Shown here: positions 50,118-63,828 of the stretch, piece by piece
How the letters are laid out: each line of letters opens with the position of its first letter
Position numbering within the stretch: position 1 is the first letter of the stretch
The notes under the pieces: model-generated
Databases searched by the model: none
Told to the model about the DNA's origin: nothing
Seen by the model: the letters and a program-made list of their open reading frames with translations, nothing else
Source of the DNA: Camelus ferus
Taxonomy: Eukaryota
NCBI RefSeq assembly: GCF_009834535.1
Contig: NC_045696.1
Location: 17,672,001 to 17,736,000 of the forward strand
Direction of reading: 5' to 3'
DNA length: 64,000 bases
Made by a program: the position numbers and the translations under genes

Positions 50118-52894
50118 TTTCCTACCCAGATCTCAAAATATTTTCTTTTTCTTTGTCATCCCCTTGCAAACATATTTCCTTTCTTCTGGTCTTGCCTGGA
50201 CTCAGCCACTTGCCCTTGCAATGTATTTTCATGTTTCCTCATCCCTGGTTCTGTCCTCATTTAATTATCCTCACCTGGAAATGCTTTTCTACTTTATCCT
50301 CAAAGGTCTAAATAAATCCTGTCCATTCTTCATTGTGCCCTACAAAATAGAGTTTCCACATTATAAGCATTGAATAAGCACATTATTTTAATAGGTGAAT
50401 AAATTAATTTCTCAGTTAAATTTAAAAAGCAAAAAAAAAAAAAAGAGAAAAATATAATAGGATTCAAAATTTCATTATTCTTGTACTCACCAATCAAATA
50501 TCTGTTGAATATCTACTGTGAACCTGAGCTGTGCAGCTCTTAAGGATAAAAAGATAATCAATGATGATCCCTATTATTAAGGATTTCACTGACTGCCGAG
50601 ACTGAGAGAGAGATTTAAAAATCCACAAGTTAGCATATGTATTAGAATCTTTATAGAAGAATTCACTAAATAGGAAGCAATCCCACTGCTATTTAACCTT
50701 ATGGAATTATCTCTTTTTGAAACCTTTTCCAGGACTATGCTATAATATGATGTCATCTTGTATAATGCATAATAAGATTGTATCTTATAGCTGTTTGTTT
50801 TATGGTACAGAATCAAGGCCCATTTTAATAGGGCTTCCTGTGTCAATTATTTTTTTATCATTTATGATCGCTCTTCTGCTGGAAGATTCTAACAGAAATT
50901 GGTTCCAAGGGAGTTCTAAACAAAGACTTGAGTGAATCACATGCTAGTTTAAAATGCAGGTCTGTTTGAAAGAGTGTCCATTTGTGGTTCTAGGTTAGAA
51001 GAAAAGTGTGTGTTTGTATCATTAGACCATCAAAAAGCTTTCTTATAAAAATGTCATGGCTGAGTTATGTTATATGTTAGTTATTAGCAAAATTATCACT
51101 GCTACAATGCATTGGTTTAAATTTTGCTCTGCCCCATATAGATGTGTGAGATGTATCCTATCTTCAGAGTTGAAACAGTGCCAACATTATGATACATCTT
51201 AAAATATGCACATAGAAAGTTGGCATCAATATTATTTTAGGATCAAGTTTTATTTAGAAAAGTCTAAAGAAGTTGTGAAATCTAAAATAAAATGATGCAC
51301 TAAATTAATGTTTTGTTCATATCAATCATTATTTGAGTTGTTATGTCCACAAGAGTAGTGACAAGGATTTTTGAGGCCAATTTGAATGAGCTAGATATTT
51401 TTATAAAAAGAAGGTAAAAACAGCATTTACTGATTTATACAATTATATTTATCTTATTTATTATCTTACATCATTATATTGATCTACCAGATTTACCATT
51501 GCATGTTAAAAGGGTTGACTCCATATTAATAAATGTTTACATAAATTTCACATAAAGCATTGTGACCTCTCTGTAAAAAAGGAAAATAAATATGATTAAT
51601 GAGAGATCAATTTACCTATGGTTTAGATCCATGACAAATAAGTCACACTGTCCTCATAGACTCTCTTTTTCTAAAAGCCTTCTGTTGGAGATGGTGGGTA
51701 AACCAGATTGAACATTTTTTTCTGTCAATCATGGTGTGACATATGAGACTATGATGTGGATAATGGGTCATTTTAGAGAGGAAGTTTGGAAATTTAAGAG
51801 AAGCCTGCTGGTTAAGCTCAATGTAGTGGGGGTACCTACATTGGACTTTAGGATAAAAGATACATAATAGTAAAATGTTCCTTCCTTCCTTTTTATCATT
51901 ATTTCTGAGATATATATCTCTTATAGAGAACTTATCAGGAGACATGAATAGAATGGAAAAGAGTCAGTTTTTATGATAACTTGGAAAATATTACTTTAAT
52001 TTTTACTAAAATCACTGACTCATAACCACTTTTAAAATATAGTATTATCAATATCATGATGCTGTGTGGGATAAATATACATATATGTACAAATGTATAT
52101 ATACACAAATGTACTATCAGTCAGATAAAATTTGAACCTAATTTTACCAATGTGAATGCACATTACTAGCAATTAACACAGTGTTAGTATCTACTGTGTA
52201 TTCATATGTTTATATACTTTTCATATTATTTTCTATATATTTAAAATATGAAATTGTGTATATAAGCATATACATGCATGTATTTCTGCATGTGAATATA
52301 AATATATATATATGAATACCCAATGAATGATAATTCCATGATTTGGTATATGATTCTAATTAAAAACACACCCTTTTAATTCATTAATAATCCTGATTGA
52401 TTTCAAAATACATGACCTACATACATTTTCAGAATCTCTATCTCTTTTCTGTCTTTCCCTATAATTCCAACAAGCCACTATACCTTCTCCAAACACCTAC
52501 CAGTTATTTGTGTGTTATTTATTTATTTTATTTGGTTTCAAACAGGAGAATTATGTTAATCAATACTAACTGCTACAGCCTGAGATCCTATAATAATCCT
52601 TTCCTTTACCTGTTCTCTGTGTCCTCTTCTAACCGATTCAGCTCAGTAAGATTTCTATATTATTTTATAATAATTTGTGATGATCAACTTTACCATTTAT
52701 AGGAGTAGCATAATCTCTACCATTAGCTATATGTGAATGTTTATGTTATTTTTAAGTAAAGTTTGATCTTAAGAGAGAAACTTAAGAGAGGTCCTGATAT
52801 TGACTTAATTATGTGGAATTTTAATCCTCATCTTTTATACCATGGCAAAACTAGAAATTATTTTCTGAAATCATTTTCAGAAAAAAATTTAGTT

Positions 52895-53422
52895 TATGAT
52901 AGGCAAAATAATGCTCCTCCAAAGAGGTCTACATCCTACTCCCAGAACCTGTGAATATGTTATAGCACATGCCAAAAAGGGCTTTTCAGATGTCTTAAAG
53001 AGATGGGAAGATGATCCTGGATTATCTGGGCCCAGTGTGGTCATAGGAGATCATAAAAGTGGAAGAGAAAAGAGGAAGTATCGGAAAGATACAAAGAAGG
53101 AGAGACAGGACATCTTGAAACATGAGAGAGATTTGACCTGTGCTGTTGGCTCTGAAAACTGAGTAAGTGGATCATGAGACAAAGAATATGAGTGGCGTCT
53201 GAAAGCCATTGGGGAATGTGGGACCCAGATCCACAAGGAACTGAATTCTGTCAACAACCCAAGGGAACTAGCCATCAAGTTCTCCCCTAGAGACTTCAGA
53301 AGGGAACACAGCCTGGCTATATTTTGATTTTTGTCCTGTGAGACCTGTCCCAGACTTCTGATCTACAGAACTGTAAAATAATAAATTTGTGTTAAGTTTG
53401 GAGTAACTGAAAATGATGTAGA
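52895..53422 (+). mobile_element. MLT1D-like MaLR solo LTR
   Basis: GGCAAAATAATGCTCC...CCCAGAACCTGTGAATATGTTA...ATCCTGGATTATCTGGGCCCA...CAAGGAACTGAATTCTG...GACTTCTGATCTACAGAACTGTAAAATAATAAATTTGTG. Confidence 0.85.
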
Positions 53423-55043
53423 GTTAAAGATCTGTGCCTCAAAAGTGATGTAGGGTCAATCATTTTGAATAAAAGCCACCCAGTTCCTTTTTCCAAAAAG
53501 GTATACTGTAAAACTTTTGTTCAGAAGTAAGTTTCAACTCATGTCAATGATGCATAGTCTTAGAATTACTAATATAACTATGTATGGATTATCTATCCAA
53601 ATTTAGTGTCTGGTTAACTCATTATCATTATAACACACATTACTAAATCACCTTCTGTAGCCAATACTTGGTGACTGTTTCAGTGTCAATATTAGCTAAA
53701 CCTAAAAGGAAAGTTATATCTTCTAAGAAAAATAACAAATGTTTATAGACTAGGAGTCAAATAAATATACATGAATACTGAATTACTTAACTTTGGGATA
53801 ACTGTGACTCCTCTCCCTTCCACAGTTAACCAATATTCATATAATATTCTACAACAGATTCCTGAAGCAATACAGATGAAGAAATCCTAAACTTTTAGCA
53901 CATCTGGACATATTTATAAATTTAAAATCAGACTGTCTCATAAACAGGTGAAGAAACTGTATGATGAAGAAGAAATGAAGCCCAGAGTTGCCAACTTTAT
54001 TACAATGTGTGAAAATCTTCCTAACTGCCTTTAAACTTGGGGTGTTGGGCTTAAACTGAAAGCTTGTGTTACAGAGGAGGGATTATAAAATCACCACCAT
54101 GCAGCAGAGTAAGGAAAAGCATACTGTTTTGAGAATGGTTAGTAAATGGGTATCTCTTTCAGCATTTCCATAGTTTATAGTTACACAGGTTTGCTGAGGG
54201 AAGTATGAAACATCTCAATAAGAAAAAGAAAAAAGACATAACTTCCATCTAAAATTTGTATTCATTGTTAGTATGCAATACGTAGCTTTTCTCTTAAAAG
54301 ACCTGTATCTATAAAGATGTAATTATATACATAATTAGAGAGAGACTTTTTACAGTAATAGAACTATGCCCTGAATATTATAGATAAACTGTGGTTATTT
54401 CCCCCCAACTAGATCATACAACTTATGCTATCTTTCTATCTAAATTGGATTTAAATTCTTTAGTAATTTCTTCTGACGTTGAGTTAGCATACCCTTTTAT
54501 CATTGCTTGGTACACCTCATGTTTTATATTGAAAAAGCCTATCTTTAAGGAGTCTGATATTAATCCTCTTCAGCATGTTAATATATAAAGAAAAAATAAC
54601 CAACTAGGTACAATACTTGTATAGAGTTCAATTACACACACAATTCCCCATCAAAATCTAAACTGTCTAAAAGGATTTTAATTTGATCTTGTTGCCAAGT
54701 TAATTTCTTGAATCAACTTGGTTTCCACTTAAGTTTTTTATTTATCAGACATGACCATAGTAATTTATTTAAATTCTCATTTCTATACTTACATTTCACT
54801 CATAATTTCTTACACTGAGGAAGCTTTATTTAATTCTCTAATTGGAAAATGCTGTTTTTAGGTGCTGAACATTCTTTAATATGTCAATCATTCAGTAATT
54901 TTCAGTACTACCTCTAAAATTATATACTTATGTCTCACAGAAATATCACATTGCATACAAAGCCATTTTGGGAGAAGTAAATCTTCTCCCTCTGGCTGTG
55001 ATCACAGTGTAAGACTTTCAAAAATGCACCTGACTTGACTTCA

Positions 55044-55133
55044 TTTTTTTTAATTTATTTATTTTTCATTGAGGTATAGTTGGTTACAATGTGTCAGTTT
55101 CTGGTGTGCAGCACAATGTCTCGGTCATGCATA
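55044..55133 (-). mobile_element. Short L1 3' end fragment
   Basis: A T-tract followed by ATTGAGGTATAGTTGGTTACAATGTGTCAGTTTCTGGTGTGCAGCACAAT, homologous to the 3' end of the young L1 (3740-3835). Confidence 0.8.
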
Positions 55134-57896
55134 TTAAACTGATGCTTCTTCAACACACAGCTTCAACATGGATATGAAAATTGAAAGAATAAGTAGGAAG
55201 CAGCAGGTTTTTGCAAATGGTTTTGCCAGAGAAACTTTGATGGAGTGTGTGTCTGTGTGTGTATGAGTGTGTCTGTGTGTATGTGCACTTTGACTCTCAG
55301 CCATAATTTTATTACCTATCAAGATGTTGTTCTAGAAATGTATTATGATGCAACCTGAGAAACTAGTTTTTGATCATGTAGAGCAAAACTGATCATTTTC
55401 TTTTACTGTTAAAAGAAATAGCAAAAAATGTACTGAAAAGACAATTCTCTTTTATTCAACTCCTAAAATATGTATTTCATAAAAAACAACAAAAAAAAGC
55501 ACAAATGGGCAATGTCTTTTGTCAATACTTATAGAGATAAGATTTTAAATTATCAAAGATATTTGCAGATATTTAAAGATGTTGCTGAGAAGATAACAGT
55601 AAATTCTTCATTCGAAGATACAGAACATTAAATGTGAGCAAACTGCTGAAACAGTAACCATAGTCAGGAGATGTTCTATTAGGATAAATCTGTTTGGTGT
55701 TACCATTAGCAGATATAAAGGTTCCAGAGATAAGAAACTGAAGGGGGAGGAGGGATTTCAAATAAAAAGTTCAGTTAAATTATACACTTTAGATTTAAGG
55801 AAGGCAGAGCTAAATGCTGACAACTCATGAAAAAAAAAGTTTACTATTTATAAGTGCAGAAAGGAAACAGAATGTTTAGCTATCTTAAAATATCATCAGT
55901 GGAAACCAGTAACCAGAAGGAAAAAACGAGAGGCCACATTAGGGGGTATAGAGAAAAATCATATTAAAAATATACCTTGAATTAACGTTGGAATGTCCAT
56001 AAAGTCTGACTGTAATGCTCCCTTAAAGTAATTATTGACCAAGTTTTAATAGGCATCCTTTCTGTCAGAAGAGCTGGGATGATGTTATTACTTGTAGGCT
56101 CTTTCTGATTGCATTGCAGTCTCTTAACAGGTCATTTATTACCATGACTTTGGCTCACCCTTGTCTGATGAATCAGGAATATGGGTAGGTTATCAGGTTT
56201 TAGAATCTCACCTTTGATGGAATTAGTGAAGACATAATCTCTGAAATCACTTTTAGCTTCATTTGGCCACATTGGCTACATTAGATGAATCAAAGTTTCT
56301 TCCTAGTACCAAACTCACAGCTCAAATGATTAAAATATATAAACTACAACTATCTGTATTTTTCACTCAACTACCTTTCCTTAGACAGTAACTGCAGGGT
56401 ATACATGCAAAAGCTAACAAAATATGTGTTAATGCAGCATTTCAAAGACTAAACTTGGGGGAAAACAGGCAAAGACTTTCTCCAATAAAATACTTAACCA
56501 AAGAGTTGGCAATAAAATTCTAGGCTAAATGTCTAAAGAAATTTATTATTGCTGTAGTATCCATGCTTCCTGAAAGATATATAGAAAGTCAATTTTAGGG
56601 AATTCTCCTGAAGCAAATATTTATTCTATTATTGGCATAGATCTTTATAATTATAGTTGCACTGGATCCTTATTATCATTTGGTCATGTTAAATGATCAT
56701 TACGGTGTTATAAAAACTTGAAATGGCTGCAACAATTGCAGTGACTTGAAAGGAAATCAATATACACAGGGCTGCATTTTACCCAGTAGAAAAAGTCTTT
56801 GAATACTTAATTTTGTACAAGGCACATATCTTGCAAGGAATAAAAAAGAGGCTTGAATTATTTAAGCTAATTTTTTTCTAATAGGAAAACAAAAATATAA
56901 ACTGACTCCACTGCAGGAATTCCATCTGTCTGAATGGTAAACAGTCACCACCTGGCTTCTGTGTAAGATCATTGCTCCCTCAGTAAATGTCACAATTTCC
57001 ATTTCAAAACTCCTTTTCAGCTATCTCTTTCTCTAGCTTCAAAATAATACATTACCTGCTATCATAGTCAAAATAAATTCCCTCTTTGTGTGATGATGAC
57101 TGGAGAAAATACACCAAGACACAATCATGGTGGACTCATTACTCTCTCCTGTTTTGCTTCCATGTGACGCAAGTGAGATTGAGGATTTCTAAAACTGAGA
57201 ATTAGCAACATTTACTTTATATTCACATCTAAGATATTTAACACCAGCAACAGCAGCTCAGCTTCTCTAGTTGCTACTGCAATGTTGCTTTAACTGCAAG
57301 GTTGCCAGATCTTGGCATTTACTCCTAGGTTTCCTTATTACTGATGTGTGTGGATTCAAGAATCATTTTTATTTTCCAAATATAAAGTGGGTACAAAAAT
57401 AGTTTTCTTTTTCACTTCACAAAATTGTTTTGGCGGTCCAATGAAATGATGTAAGCAGAAACATTTGGATACAATTTAGTCATACCTACTAAAGCTGGTG
57501 GAACTTGATATGTATCTGAGTGGGTAGATCTTTGAAATTATTTTGAGATGTACAAAAACCACATCCTCCCAAGACTAAAAAGAGTCAGTCACCTGGACTT
57601 TATTTATAACACATCTCCTTCTGCATTATATACTGTGTTCATCATAAGGAAGTAAAGGCACCTGACTTATTCAAGGCCCAAGTATATAATTTATTTAAAA
57701 TGCCTCCAATCCTTCTCATTATAAAATAAATATTAAAAAATAAAATTATTCCTTATTTGTAGTTAAATGGAAGTTTTTTCCCATTATATTCACTTTTCTC
57801 TCTCTCTCTCTATTTAGCCCTTATCCACATTTTCAGCACTTTCTGAATTCCATAGACTAGTGGCCAAGAATTTAAGCAACACATACACAACTATGA

Positions 57897-59645
57897 TTTT
57901 TTAAAGATGGACTTTATTTTTTAGACCAACTTTAGATTTAAAGAAAACTTCAGAAGATAGCATAGAATTTTCATATACACTCCCTACCCCTTTCTGCACA
58001 GTTTCCCTGGAATAATACATCTTACATAAGTATAGTGTATTTATTTAAATTGATGAACCAGTCCTAGTACTTTATTATTCAGTAAAGTCCACAGTTTATT
58101 CAGATTAACCCAGTTTTTACACAATGCCATCTTTTTCTATTCCATCACGCTACGTATACTTGTTCGTTTCCTCTGGATCCTCTTGGCTGTGACAGTCTCA
58201 GTCTTTCCTTGTTTTTGATGACCTTGGGAGTTTTGAGCAATGCTGGTTAGCTGTATTACGGGATACCTCTCCTTTGGAATTTGTCTAATATTCTTCTCAT
58301 GATTAGATTGAGGCTGTGGGGTTTGGGGAGGAAGGTCATAGAGGTAACAGGCCATTTTTGTTATTATCAACATGACTTATAACTGCTAATGCTGATTTTG
58401 ATTATGTAACTGAAATAGTGGTTATCAGGTTTCTCCATTATAAAGTTATTCTTTTGTTTTTTCCTGGTTTTCATACTGTAATCTTTGCATGGAAGTCACA
58501 ATGTACATCCCACATTTAGGAATTGACAGTTAGGCATGTATTTAGATAAAACTCTAATTTAAAAAGATACATGCACCTCAGTGTACATAGCAGCATTATT
58601 TACAATAGCCAAGACATGGAAACAGCCTAAATGTTCATCGACAGATGAATGGATAAAGAAATTGTAGTATATTTATATAGTGGAATACTACTCAGCCATA
58701 AAAAGAATGAAATAATGTCATTTGCAGCAACAAATGGATATACCCAGAGATTATCATACTAAGTGAACTAAGTCAGACAAAGACAAATATCGTATGATAC
58801 CACTTCTATGTGGAATCTAAAAAAAGATACAAATGAACAAGATACAAGACAGAAAGTGACTCATGGTTACCAAGGGGAAAAGGTAAGGGGATTGATAAAT
58901 TAGCAGTTTGGGATTGGCAGATATGGGCTACTGTGTATAAAATAGATGAACAACAACGTCCTAATATATAGCACAAGGAACTACATTCAGTATCTTATAA
59001 TAACTTACAATGAAAAAGAATACAAAAAAGAATATATGCATATACATGTAAAATTGAATCACTATGCTGTACATCAGAAACTGACACAACATTGTGAATC
59101 AACTGTAATTCAACAGCTGTATCATTTTACGTTCCAAGTAACAATGAATGAAAGTCCTCTTTGCTCCACATCTTCACCAGCATTTTATGTCAGGCTATTT
59201 TTTTTTTCAGACTTTATCCATTATAATGGATATATAGTGGTATCTTGTTTTAACTTGCAATTTCCTAGTGACAAATAATGTTAAACATTACTCCATGCTT
59301 ATTTGACATCCATATGTCTTATTTGGTGAGGTGTCTGTTATGTCTTTTGCCAATTTAAAAAGAAATTGTTTTCTTATTGCTGAGTACTAAGAGTTCTTTG
59401 TAAGTTTTGGATAAAAGTTGTTTATCAGGTATGTGTTCTGCAAATAGCTTTTTCAAGTATTCTAATTTCCCTGTTAGTGTCTTTACAGAACAGAAGTTTT
59501 TAATATAAATAAAGAACAATTGTCAGCCTTTTTTTCATGCACTGTGGTTTGAGATTTGTATCTAAAAGTCATCACTGTACACAAAGTCACATAGGTTTCC
59601 TCACATGTTATCTTTTAGCAGATATACAGTTTGATATTTTATATG
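57897..59645 (-). mobile_element. L1MC-like 3' region, interrupted by a younger plus-strand L1
   Basis: GACTTTATTTTTTAG...TAAAGTCCACAGTTTATTCAGATT...TTTCCTTGTTTTTGATGACCTTG. Resumes near 59115 with TGCTCCACATCTTCACCAGCATTT...GGTGAGGTGTCTGTT. Confidence 0.78.
58546..59112 (+). mobile_element. 5'-truncated L1 3' end (cetartiodactyl type)
   Basis: AAAACTCTAATTTAAAAAGATACATGCACC...GGAATACTACTCAGCCATAAAAAGAATGAAATAATG...ACACAACATTGTGAATCAACTG. Confidence 0.88.
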
Positions 59646-60589
59646 CAAATAGCTGAGCATGAAAGGGTTACTGAATCTGGTCATTTCTACTCAATGGAGG
59701 ACCCTTCTAACAAGCTGTCTTTGCTCTAGTGCTTTCCATACGCTTAGCTAAGACCCTTTCAGAGCTGTACTACAGATGGAAACTCTTTATACTTAATGTT
59801 TCTTTTCTTTTTTTTTTTTAATTGCCCTCCTTCCACATGTCTTAACCCTTAAAACTTGCTCTCTAGTCTTGGATCTCCCTAACCTACTCCCTCTCCTCTT
59901 TATCCTTCATGCCTGTGTTTCTCCTTCCTGCAGTTCTGGTGCGCCTTGGCATCTTAAAATCTGCTAAGGACCCAAACCACTTCAACATTAATATGGAGAA
60001 AACAACTTAACTACTTTTCTCCGGTTTACATTTGAGTTACTTGGGTAAATGGTTACCATAAAAGAAGATATGCACTATCAGGTTAGTTCTATTTCCTTCG
60101 ATTTTCCTCACTATTCAAAGGCACCACAGGCTATGCTTTTTAACCAAACTAAGAAGGGGGGAAAAAAAAGACAAGATTTGCTAATTCAATTTTTCAGCTA
60201 GAATTTTCAGAAGGTATATTTGGATCCGTAATGTTCAAGTCACATTTAAATGACAAGAAGTGTACAAGTGTACTACAATTGTCATTTTTCTTCCTTCGTC
60301 ATAGCGAGAGCTTTGAAAATAGTGTTATGCCTTAAGATTTCTTTCTGTCCAAGTATGTAATAGAAAAATCAATATTACCTGATTGAATAAAGAATCATAT
60401 AAATTACACTGTGTATTGCAGTATACAAATACTGTAGTAAACTAGAGGACAGGTACTTTTCTGCCAAACTTGGGGGTATTTTTCCCTCAGGCTCATCTTT
60501 TTTTGATTTTAAGATAAACAGTGTATAAGAAATGACTATCATGTAACAAGTATGATTCTATTAAAAGCCACGTGTATACTGTATTAATA

Positions 60590-61745
60590 GAATAAAGAAC
60601 AAAATTACATGATAATCTTAATTGACATAGATAAAGTATTTGGCAAAGGTCTGACATCCAGAATATAAATAAATCATCATCCAACAATTGAAAAACAAAC
60701 AAAAATTTTAAAAATGAGTAACACTTGAAAAGGCATTACTCCAAAGGAGATAATAAAAGGCTAATAATCACATGAAAAGATGCGACATCATTAAGCTTCA
60801 GGAAAATGCAAATCAAAAATATAATGAGTACTACTTTATATCCACCAAAGTAGTTAAAATTAAAAAAAAATAGTACAAGTCTTCAGAATGTGGAGCTATT
60901 AGAACCTTATTCCTCATTGGTGGGATTGTAAAATTATGCACCCACTTTGGAAAACAGTTTAGGATGTCCTCAAACAGATAAAATAGAGTTACCATATGAC
61001 CCAATGATTTTGCCCATAGGAATATGCTTAAGAGATGTTGATAAACAAAATGTGGTATATCTATACAGTAGTATAGTTGAACAGTATTCATCAATGGAAA
61101 GGAATGAAGTAATGATACAAGTTTGAACACAGATGAACCTTGAAAACATTATACAAAGAAAAAGAAGTCTGGGTAAAAAAAACAACAACAACAAAAGAAG
61201 TCTGTCACAAAAGGCCATATATTGTATAGTTGTCTTCACTTGAAGGAGCCCAAACTGGAAAATTCACAGAGACAGAAAGTAGATCAGTGATTGTCATGGG
61301 TAGGAGGGAGGGAGATTAGGAAGCGGCTGTTTCTTTCTGAAGTAATAAAAATAATCTAAACTTAGTGGTATTGGCTTCACATGGGAACATAGTAAAATTG
61401 AACTATACACTTTAAAATAGTAAATTTTGTGAGATGTGAAAATATTAGAATAGACATTTCATTCAAGAAGAAGAGGGGATAAAAAAAAAAAAAGAAGAAG
61501 AGGGGATGGTATAGCTCAAGTGGTAGCGTGTATGCTTAGCATGCACAAGGTCCTGTGTTCAGTCCCCAGTACCTCCTCTAAAAATAAGGAAATAAACCTA
61601 ATTACCTCTCCTTTACCCCCCCCAAAAAAACCTAAATAGTCACTCTTCCAAAAAAAAAACAATAAATTTTTTTTAATTTTAAAAAGAAGAATATACAAAT
61701 GGCTATAAATCACAGGAAAATATGCTCCACAGCATTAATCTTTAG
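60590..61745 (+). mobile_element. Old L1M ORF2-3'/3' UTR fragments
   Basis: CACATGAAAAGATGC...GGAAAATGCAAATCAAAA, CACTTTGGAAAACAGTTT, GAGTTACCATATGACCCA, ACAGAGACAGAAAGTAGAT, and AATAGACATTTC...ATATACAAATGG split by the SINE. Confidence 0.75.
61500..61683 (+). mobile_element. tRNA-derived SINE, Vic-1-like (camelid)
   Basis: GGGGATGGTATAGCTCAAGTGGTAG (A box), CTTAGCATGCACAAGGTCCTG, GTTCAGTCCCCAGTACCTCC (B box), AAATAAACCTAATTACC, then a C-rich segment and A-rich tail. TSD AAGAAGAA. Confidence 0.88.
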
Positions 61746-63799
61746 GGCTGCCCCTGGTGCATAGTGCTAAAGGCAGACCCAGTGAAGAAACTGAAGAAGG
61801 GCCCTCATTGGTTTCTGTCCAGGAACTGCACTCAAGTTCAAGTTCATTTCTCACCTCATGTCCAGCAAGTTAAGGCCAGTCTCATTACATATATCTTAAT
61901 AAAGCTGTGCACCAACAATCAAAATCATACTCCCTAAATAAGTTTATTGGAAATGATTTTCTGCTAATAGAATGCCATGTGCCTGTTTTGCTCTAGCAAA
62001 ACCTTAATAACCATACCTCAGACAGGCATGTGTGGGAGAGGAGGTTGTTACAATCTAAAGTGCTCTGTTTGGTTAAATCACAAATAGTATTTACTTGAGA
62101 TACCACTGACTATCTATATTTAAAACAGCCTAGTTTGAGATTGTATTTTCTAAGAAAGAGATTGCAGAATTCTTATAGTATAAAATGATCCCAAGCTATA
62201 CAATAACTCAAACAATTTCAGGAAAAGTTAGCAGGCACATACCAATGCAGTCACCATTAAAAAACCACAAATACACATACATAGTTATTTTTCATTAGTT
62301 TACACAATTGAAATCATCCTGTATTTGGAATTTAGGGAAGAAGTTGAAGGGAGTAACTTATGTTTGACATTATATATGTCTCTATTTTGTCAAAATATTC
62401 AGATGAAGAGTGAAACTTTCAATCTATTTTCTAGCAGTTTTTTCTGCTATGACAGCCCTGATGCCCTCTGGAATGGCTCATTGAGAGAAGCCCCAAGTTC
62501 TTGATGTACATTTCTTTATACTCCCCAAATTGCTCCAAGAAATATGCTGTGATTCCAACAGAGCCTGGTTAGAATCACACAATGCAGCCGTGTTGAACAA
62601 TGCGCCCTGACCACACCTACTGCACATGCAGACGTTGTCCCTGGATTGGGGCAGTGCCTGGGCTGCGGCATCGTTAGATGTTTCCCTAGCTGGCCTCCCA
62701 CCTGCCCCAGGTGACTGCATGTGAACTTCAGAATGAGGAAAGCCAGGCATAGATTAAACCAACCTCCACCTTAAATCTTTTCTTCTCAGGTGTCCTTTGT
62801 TTTCACCTGTGCCTTCTGGCCATTGCCCTTGGAAGAAGTTGGGGGCTTCAGTGGGTCCTTTTTGCTCAGCCCCACGGGAGTCTTTCTTCTCTGGTATGTA
62901 GCATCAGGGCCAGAGCCAGGTAGGAATGTGGATCAAGGCTCTTCTTACTGTCTCCACTTTCTAGAAACTGAATGCAGGGACAGGCTCATTTCAAGCTTCT
63001 GGTGGAGGAGGGGTGAGAGGGCCAGTCTCATTTACACCCAAGAGCCGCTACAGGAAAAGATCTCCACCTGGGACACCTGCACATTCCAGCCAGACCGTTG
63101 GCCACGCTGGCTCACTGAGCTCCCCACCAGTCTGCCCGAGCTCCCCCTCCACCCCTGGTGCTGGATGCCACGAGCCCCACTCTCCTTCCAAAGCTACATA
63201 CCCCCCTCTCCAGAAACAAGTGTGAGTCTCAGCAAGTGTGCTGGCCACTCTGTCCCTGCCTGAGGCGTGAAATGGTCCAGCAGTGCCAAGTAGCATCTGG
63301 AAGTCATCCTGGCATCGCCCATCTCAGGTGGTGATGTAGGACACATTTCTATTATTGGTTTTTACTCTTCTTCCAGGTTTCAGACATCCAAAGACCTCTC
63401 TTAAGGAGTCTGCCTTGGAGCTCAAATGTCACCATAAGTGCATGTTTCTGAGCTGGGGGTTGGGTCTATTAGAATCTTCGTATATTGTCATCTGGACACT
63501 TCACTTGATAAAGATGTCTGGTATCTTCCAATGCATTGCATCTCGTCATCCCATTTCCTTTTCTTCAAGGAAGGTAGATGCTGCTAATGTCTTTTCTGAA
63601 GATAGATTTTATTAGCTCTATTTTCTCACACCATTCCTCTCTGCTCCAGGGATCTAGTACGTGTGCATGTAAATCTCTCCAAAGAATATATAGGTAAATA
63701 TCCGCTGCATGTCAAGGTCTGTATGCCTCATCCTTTCTTTTCCCTCCCCCTCCCTTTTTTCTTTTCTCTGTCTCTGTATCTCTCCCTCCCCCCCCCCCT

Positions 63800-63828
63800 A
63801 TACACACACACACACACACACACACACA
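63800..63828. repeat. (CA)n microsatellite preceded by a CT-rich tract
   Basis: Directly visible. Confidence 0.92.

Noticed and set aside
61500..61580. tRNA gene
   Set aside because: It is the tRNA-derived head of a SINE with body, A-rich tail and TSD, not a clean cloverleaf.
62790..63263. 157-aa ORF as a protein-coding exon
   Set aside because: It has a non-ATG start and no recognisable homology. The region is kept only as an unexplained block.
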